From an uncultured Actinomycetes bacterium (GTDB lineage Bacteria; Actinomycetota; UBA4738; HRBIN12): a stretch of DNA of 64,000 bases. The notes beneath the pieces are model-generated. The model was not told the origin of the DNA. It saw only the letters and a program-made list of their open reading frames with translations, and did not search any database. Position 1 is the stretch's first letter. Each line of letters begins with the position of its first letter. The stretch lies in the NCBI GenBank assembly GCA_963749895.1, contig CAVVOG010000001.1, forward strand, positions 1,046,901-1,110,900, written 5' to 3'. Positions 58,984-64,000 of this stretch are shown here, in pieces. A program made the position numbers and the translations under genes.

Positions 58984-59782
58984 TCAGCCCGCCGTGACCT
59001 GCACCGGCGTCGTGAAGATCTACCGGACCGCGACCGGCGAGGTCCACGCGCTGAAAGGCATCGACGGCAGGTTCGCGCCCGGCACCGTCAACGCGGTCGT
59101 GGGTCCGTCCGGTAGTGGCAAGTCGTCGTTGCTGCGGATCTTGGCCGCGCTGGACCGACCCACCGCGGGGGCCGTTCGGATCGGCGACACCGAGATCACG
59201 GCCCTGGGGCGGGCATCGCTCCGCCGGGTCCGCCGGGCGATGGTCGGCTACGTCTTCCAGCGCCCCGCGCACAACCTGGTCTCGTACCTCACGGTCGACC
59301 AGCACATGGAGCTCGCGGCGCGGATGCGAGGACGCGGGGGCGAGGACGCGGCCGAGCTGCTGGAGCTGCTCGGCCTGGGACATCGGCGCGGCCACCGGCC
59401 CGAGCAGCTCTCCGGGGGCGAGCAGCAGAGGCTCGCGTTCGCCCAGGCCGTGATCGGAGATCCGCCGATCGTGGTCGCCGACGAGCCGACCGCCGAGCTG
59501 GACTCGGCGACGGGGGAGCGGCTGCTGGAGGCGGTCGCGGCGCTCGCCGCGCGCGGCACGAGCTTCGTGGTGTCGACCCACGACCCGCGGGTGGTCGAGG
59601 CCGCGGAGCGCACGCTCCATCTGCGCCACGGCGCCCTCGAGGCCGAGACCGAGGAGCGCCGGCTGTCGGTGATCGACGAGGCCGGCCGGATCCAGCTGCC
59701 GCCGCAGGCGCTCGCGCTGTTCGCCGACCGGCGCGCGGTGATCGAGGTCGAGGACGACCACGTGAGGATCGAGCCGCCGTGA
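58976..59782 (+). CDS. ABC transporter ATP-binding protein
   Basis: Walker A GPSGSGKSS, signature LSGGEQQR, Walker B IVVADEPTAELD. Confidence 0.9.
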   Translation: MPDQPAVTCTGVVKIYRTATGEVHALKGIDGRFAPGTVNAVVGPSGSGKSSLLRILAALDRPTAGAVRIGDTEITALGRASLRRVRRAMVGYVFQRPAHNLVSYLTVDQHMELAARMRGRGGEDAAELLELLGLGHRRGHRPEQLSGGEQQRLAFAQAVIGDPPIVVADEPTAELDSATGERLLEAVAALAARGTSFVVSTHDPRVVEAAERTLHLRHGALEAETEERRLSVIDEAGRIQLPPQALALFADRRAVIEVEDDHVRIEPP

Positions 59783-60477
59783 GCACGCCGTCCCCGCTGA
59801 TCGACGCCTCCGGGCTGACGAAGACGTACCGGCGCGGTGCCGAGGACGTTCACGCCCTCGCGGGCGCGTCCGTCCGCGTGTCGGCCGGAGAGCTGGTGAC
59901 CCTGATCGGACCCTCGGGCTCGGGCAAGACCACGCTCCTGTCGGTGCTGGCCGGCTGGGAGCATCCCGAAGGCGGCGCCGTCTCGTGGCTCGGCGCGCCG
60001 CTGCCCCGTCCCGAGGCGCTGACGTGGCGTGACGTCGCCGTCGTGCCGCAGACGCTGGGACTGCTCGAGGAGCTGTCGATCCGCGAGAACGTGGAGCTGC
60101 CGCTGCGCCTCGGTGGGTCTGCCGACGGGCGCGTGCGCGCGGGCGAGCTGCTGGAAGCGCTCGGGCTCACCGCCCTCGCAGACCGTCTGCCGGACGAGGT
60201 CTCGCTGGGGGAGCAGCAGCGGAGCTCGATCGCGCGGGCCCTCGTGCTCGAACCGAGGCTCCTGATCGCCGACGAACCCACCGGGCACCAGGACGCGGGC
60301 TGGACCCGGGGCGTCCTGGAGGTGCTCCGGGCGTTCACGAGCGCGGGTGGAGCCTGTCTGGTGGCCACCCACCACCGGGCGTTCGTGCGCTTCGCCGACC
60401 GCGTGCTCGCGATCACCGACGGTCAGGTCCGGCAGGTCGAGGCCGACGAGGCGATCGGGTCCGGCGAGGAGCTGTAG
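59779..60477 (+). CDS. ABC transporter ATP-binding protein (second ATPase)
   Basis: Walker A GPSGSGKTT, signature SLGEQQR, Walker B LLIADEPTGHQD. Confidence 0.9.
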   Translation: MSTPSPLIDASGLTKTYRRGAEDVHALAGASVRVSAGELVTLIGPSGSGKTTLLSVLAGWEHPEGGAVSWLGAPLPRPEALTWRDVAVVPQTLGLLEELSIRENVELPLRLGGSADGRVRAGELLEALGLTALADRLPDEVSLGEQQRSSIARALVLEPRLLIADEPTGHQDAGWTRGVLEVLRAFTSAGGACLVATHHRAFVRFADRVLAITDGQVRQVEADEAIGSGEEL

Positions 60478-60523
60478 CGGGTGCCGCACGCGCGTCGTCG
60501 CAGGTAGACTGCGGGGTCGCGGC

Positions 60524-60595
60524 GGCGGGGTAGCTCAGAGGTAGAGCAAGCGGCTCATAATCGCTGTGTCGCGGGTTCGAGTCCCGCCCCCGCTA
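60524..60595 (+). tRNA. tRNA-Met elongator (anticodon CAT)
   Basis: Folded by hand. Acceptor GGCGGGG/CCCCGCT with G1-U72 wobble, anticodon loop CTCATAA, T-arm GCGGG-TTCGAGT-CCCGC. No GGG/CCC anticodon stem and no C1:A72 mismatch, so it is not the initiator. Confidence 0.85.
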
Positions 60596-60649
60596 CTGAG
60601 TTCCTCGGAAGACCACGACCCGTCGGGCCCACGCATCAAGGAGACACGG

Positions 60650-61834
<1,185 letters not shown>

Positions 61835-61844
61835 AGGGAGACCC

Positions 61845-62012
61845 GTGGCCAAGAAGGAAGGCAACCGCCCGAAGATCACGCTCGCCTGCACCGAGTGCAA
61901 GCGGCGCAACTACAACACGGTCAAGAACCGCGTGAACGACCGCGACCGGATCGAGTTCAAGAAGTACTGCCGCTGGTGCCGCACGCACACGCTGCACCGC
62001 GAGACCCGCTAG
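61845..62012 (+). CDS. rpmG: 50S ribosomal protein L33
   Basis: [28 protein letters not shown]...[17 protein letters not shown] with the four Cys zinc ribbon. GTG start after GGGAG. Confidence 0.9.
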   Translation: MAKKEGNRPKITLACTECKRRNYNTVKNRVNDRDRIEFKKYCRWCRTHTLHRETR

Positions 62013-62038
62013 CTCGGTCCACCCGCAGCGACACGTCC

Positions 62039-62066
62039 GAGGGGGCGCCCGAAGGGGCGCCCCCTC
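62039..62066 (+). terminator. GC-rich hairpin, putative intrinsic terminator after rpmG
   Basis: gagggggcgccc-gaag-gggcgccccctc is a perfect 12-bp stem with a 4-nt loop. No U-tract, as is common in high-GC actinobacteria. Confidence 0.5.
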
Positions 62067-62141
62067 GCCATGTGTCCGGGGTTGACCCTTCATGACAACC
62101 GGGCGTAGCGTCGCGGCGAGAAGCGGGAAGAGGGGGGTTCG

Positions 62142-63056
62142 ATGCGGCGCAGGTGGTGCTCGTCGGTCGTGGTCGTCGTGGCGGTCGCGATGCTGGTGCC
62201 CGCGATCCCCGCCGGGGCAGGCACCGCCCCCGGCGGGAGGATCGTGTACGTGGACACGTTCGGCGGATCGGGGATCTACGCGATCGCGCCGGACGGCACG
62301 AACCGGGTCCTGCTGGTCCCGGGGGAGAAGGTGTCGTATCCGCGGTGGGCTCCCGACGGATCGGGGGTCGCGTTCCTCGTTCGCCGGCGCATCTTCAGCT
62401 TCCGGCTCGACATGGTCGACGACAACGGCGAGAACCGGACCACCTTGATCGGCCCCGGCGAACTGCCCGACGGGTTCGCGCTCGGTGCGTTCGCGTGGTC
62501 CCCCGATGGATCGCACCTGGCGCTCGAGCTCCGGAACGTCGCCGGTCGGGAGCGGATCTACGTCACACCGAGCGACGGATCGGCCCTCGAGCTGGTCGCC
62601 CGCAACGCGGGGGGGCCGGATTGGTCGAGTGCCGATCGCCTGCTGGGGGTCAGCCGCGGCGACCTCGTCACGATGGAGCCGGACGGGTCGGATCGGACGG
62701 TCGTGGTCGACGGGCGCCGGGTCGCCGGCCGCCCGAGGTGGTCCGCCGACGGCGCGAGGATCGTCTTCGAGGCACCCGTGAAGGTGCCCGGCTATCCGAA
62801 GCGCGCCGACGTCTTCACCGTGAACGCCGACGGATCCGCGCTCACGAACGTCACGAACTCGCCGGAGATCTACGACTGGTCCCCGGCGTTCTCCCCGACG
62901 GGCACGCACATCGTGTGGGCGCCGTCGCCGAGGGGGGAGTCCTTCGGCTTCGCGGACCTGTGGCGGATGCGGACGAACGGCCGCGGGCGGACGGAGATCA
63001 CCTCGACCAGGAGGATCGACGAGTACACGCCCGACTGGGCCGACCTGCCGGTCTAG
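62142..63056 (+). CDS. secreted PD40/TolB-like beta-propeller repeat protein
   Basis: Signal peptide MRRRWCSSVVVVVAVAMLVPAIPAGAG. APDG/SPDG repeats (WAPDGSG, WSPDGSH, WSADGAR, FSPTGTH). Confidence 0.7.
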   Translation: MRRRWCSSVVVVVAVAMLVPAIPAGAGTAPGGRIVYVDTFGGSGIYAIAPDGTNRVLLVPGEKVSYPRWAPDGSGVAFLVRRRIFSFRLDMVDDNGENRTTLIGPGELPDGFALGAFAWSPDGSHLALELRNVAGRERIYVTPSDGSALELVARNAGGPDWSSADRLLGVSRGDLVTMEPDGSDRTVVVDGRRVAGRPRWSADGARIVFEAPVKVPGYPKRADVFTVNADGSALTNVTNSPEIYDWSPAFSPTGTHIVWAPSPRGESFGFADLWRMRTNGRGRTEITSTRRIDEYTPDWADLPV

Positions 63057-63063
63057 CGAACGC

Positions 63064-63810
63064 TCAGCCGTCGACGGGCTCGAGGCCGCCCTCTGGGGCG
63101 GCCTCGAGCTCGTCCCGGTCCGCGAGGGCAAGACCGGGAGGGGTGATCTTGCCCATCCGGATCGCGGCTACCACGGCCTCGGTCTTCGAGTGCACGGCGA
63201 GCTTCGTCAAGATGTTCTGGACGTGCGTGCGCAGCGTGTGGGGGCTCATCCCCAGCGTCGTCGCGATCGTCTCGGACGACTCGCCGGCCGACATGTGCCC
63301 CAAGATCTCGAGCTCGCGCTTCGTCAGGCGGTCCACCCGGCGCATCAGCTCGCGGTCGCGCCCGACGCGGTCGCGCATCGTCTTGATCGCGCGGTGCACG
63401 TCCTCGGGGCGGTGGAGCGGTTCGCCCCGCGCCGCGTGACGGATCGCCTCGGCGACGTCGGACACCGGAGCGGTCTTGCGGACCAGGCCGCGGGCGCCGG
63501 CCTCGACCGCGCGTCCGAGCGACACGTCGTCGCCCTCGCCGGTCAAGATGATCACCGCGCTCGACGCGCCCTCGTTCCTCAGCCGGCGGGTCGCCTCGAT
63601 CCCGTCGACGTTCGGCATCCGCAGGTCCATCAGGACCACGTCGGGGGCGTCGTCCGTCGCGGCGCGCACGGCCTCGGGGCCGCTGTCGACGACCTCGATC
63701 ACGGTGAGGTCCGACTCCTTGTCCAAGGCGATCTGCAGCGCCTCGCCGAACGATCGGTGGTCGTCGGCGATCACGACGCGGATCGCGTCGGCCTGAGCGT
63801 TCTTCTTCAT
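63064..63810 (-). CDS. NarL/LuxR-family DNA-binding response regulator
   Basis: REC domain with phospho-acceptor context VVLMDLRMP. C-terminal LuxR HTH LTKRELEILGHMSAGESSETIATTLGMSPHTLRTHVQNILTKL. No cognate kinase within the window. Confidence 0.9.
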   Translation of the reverse strand: MKKNAQADAIRVVIADDHRSFGEALQIALDKESDLTVIEVVDSGPEAVRAATDDAPDVVLMDLRMPNVDGIEATRRLRNEGASSAVIILTGEGDDVSLGRAVEAGARGLVRKTAPVSDVAEAIRHAARGEPLHRPEDVHRAIKTMRDRVGRDRELMRRVDRLTKRELEILGHMSAGESSETIATTLGMSPHTLRTHVQNILTKLAVHSKTEAVVAAIRMGKITPPGLALADRDELEAAPEGGLEPVDG

Positions 63811-63914
63811 CGGGCGGATGGTAGGCCGAGTCGAGGCCCGATCCGTGTAGCGCGCACGAACGATTTCGCGTGGCCCTCGGAGGGTCGCGACGCCCTGTGG
63901 CAGACTCCGGGGCG

Positions 63915-64000
63915 ATGAACCCGGAGGCTCAGGGCACGGTCTACCCGGCGATGACCTTCACGGTCGACCCCGAGCGGGTCGCGGCCTTCCGCGACGTGTT
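63915..64000 (+). CDS. partial ORF, possibly a MaoC/HadA-like dehydratase N-terminus (runs off the window end)
   Basis: MNPEAQGTVYPAMTFTVDPERVAAFRDV weakly resembles hot-dog-fold dehydratase N-termini. By analogy, mycobacteria have rpmG2-hadABC. Confidence 0.25.
   Translation, partial: MNPEAQGTVYPAMTFTVDPERVAAFRDV

Noticed and set aside
55972-59761. 895-aa and 617-aa minus-strand ORFs antisense to the ABC permease and ATPase genes
   Set aside because: Extreme Arg/Pro/Gly composition with no motifs. The opposite strand carries an unambiguous FtsX permease and Walker-motif ATPases.
60524-60595. tRNA-Met considered as the initiator tRNA
   Set aside because: The anticodon stem lacks the three consecutive G-C pairs. 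Position 1-72 is a G-U pair and not the C1:A72 mismatch, so it is an elongator tRNA-Met.

Overview
This is a 64 kb window of very high-GC (about 70%) chromosomal DNA, most likely from an actinobacterium. F420-dependent enzymes and the tRNA-Tyr ... tRNA-Thr ... tRNA-Met-tuf-rpmG arrangement support that placement. Gene density is high. I call about 60 protein genes, three tRNAs (Tyr-GTA, Thr-GGT, elongator Met-CAT), one terminator hairpin and no CRISPR array, transposase or integrase.

The main gene groups are:
- a beta-oxidation-like operon (acyl-CoA dehydrogenase, SDR, thiolase, GcvT-like) divergent from a TetR regulator;
- three ECF sigma/anti-sigma modules. Two have anti-sigma factors carrying TolB-like beta-propeller domains. 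The third is SigR/RsrA-like with a zinc-finger anti-sigma, and sits divergent from a TlpA thioredoxin and a DUF3179 gene behind matching GGGAAT-N18-GTCC promoters;
- a PLP decarboxylase, class III aminotransferase and F420 luciferase-like oxidoreductase operon;
- a cluster of folate-dependent demethylase genes (dimethylglycine dehydrogenase plus three GcvT paralogs);
- M20 peptidase with AbgT transporter, a DEAD-box helicase, DinB, PPK2 and two ABC exporters;
- many secreted beta-propeller proteins.

A low-GC3 kinase gene and a truncated HAD hydrolase fragment sit directly 3' of tRNA-Tyr. Three genes carry apparent single-base frameshifts, which may be assembly indels. Many long Arg/Pro-rich ORFs in the six-frame track are antisense artefacts of GC-rich coding sequence. 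Coordinates I derived by manual base counting (start-codon choices, tRNA and motif positions) may be off by one; ORF-track coordinates are used wherever available.
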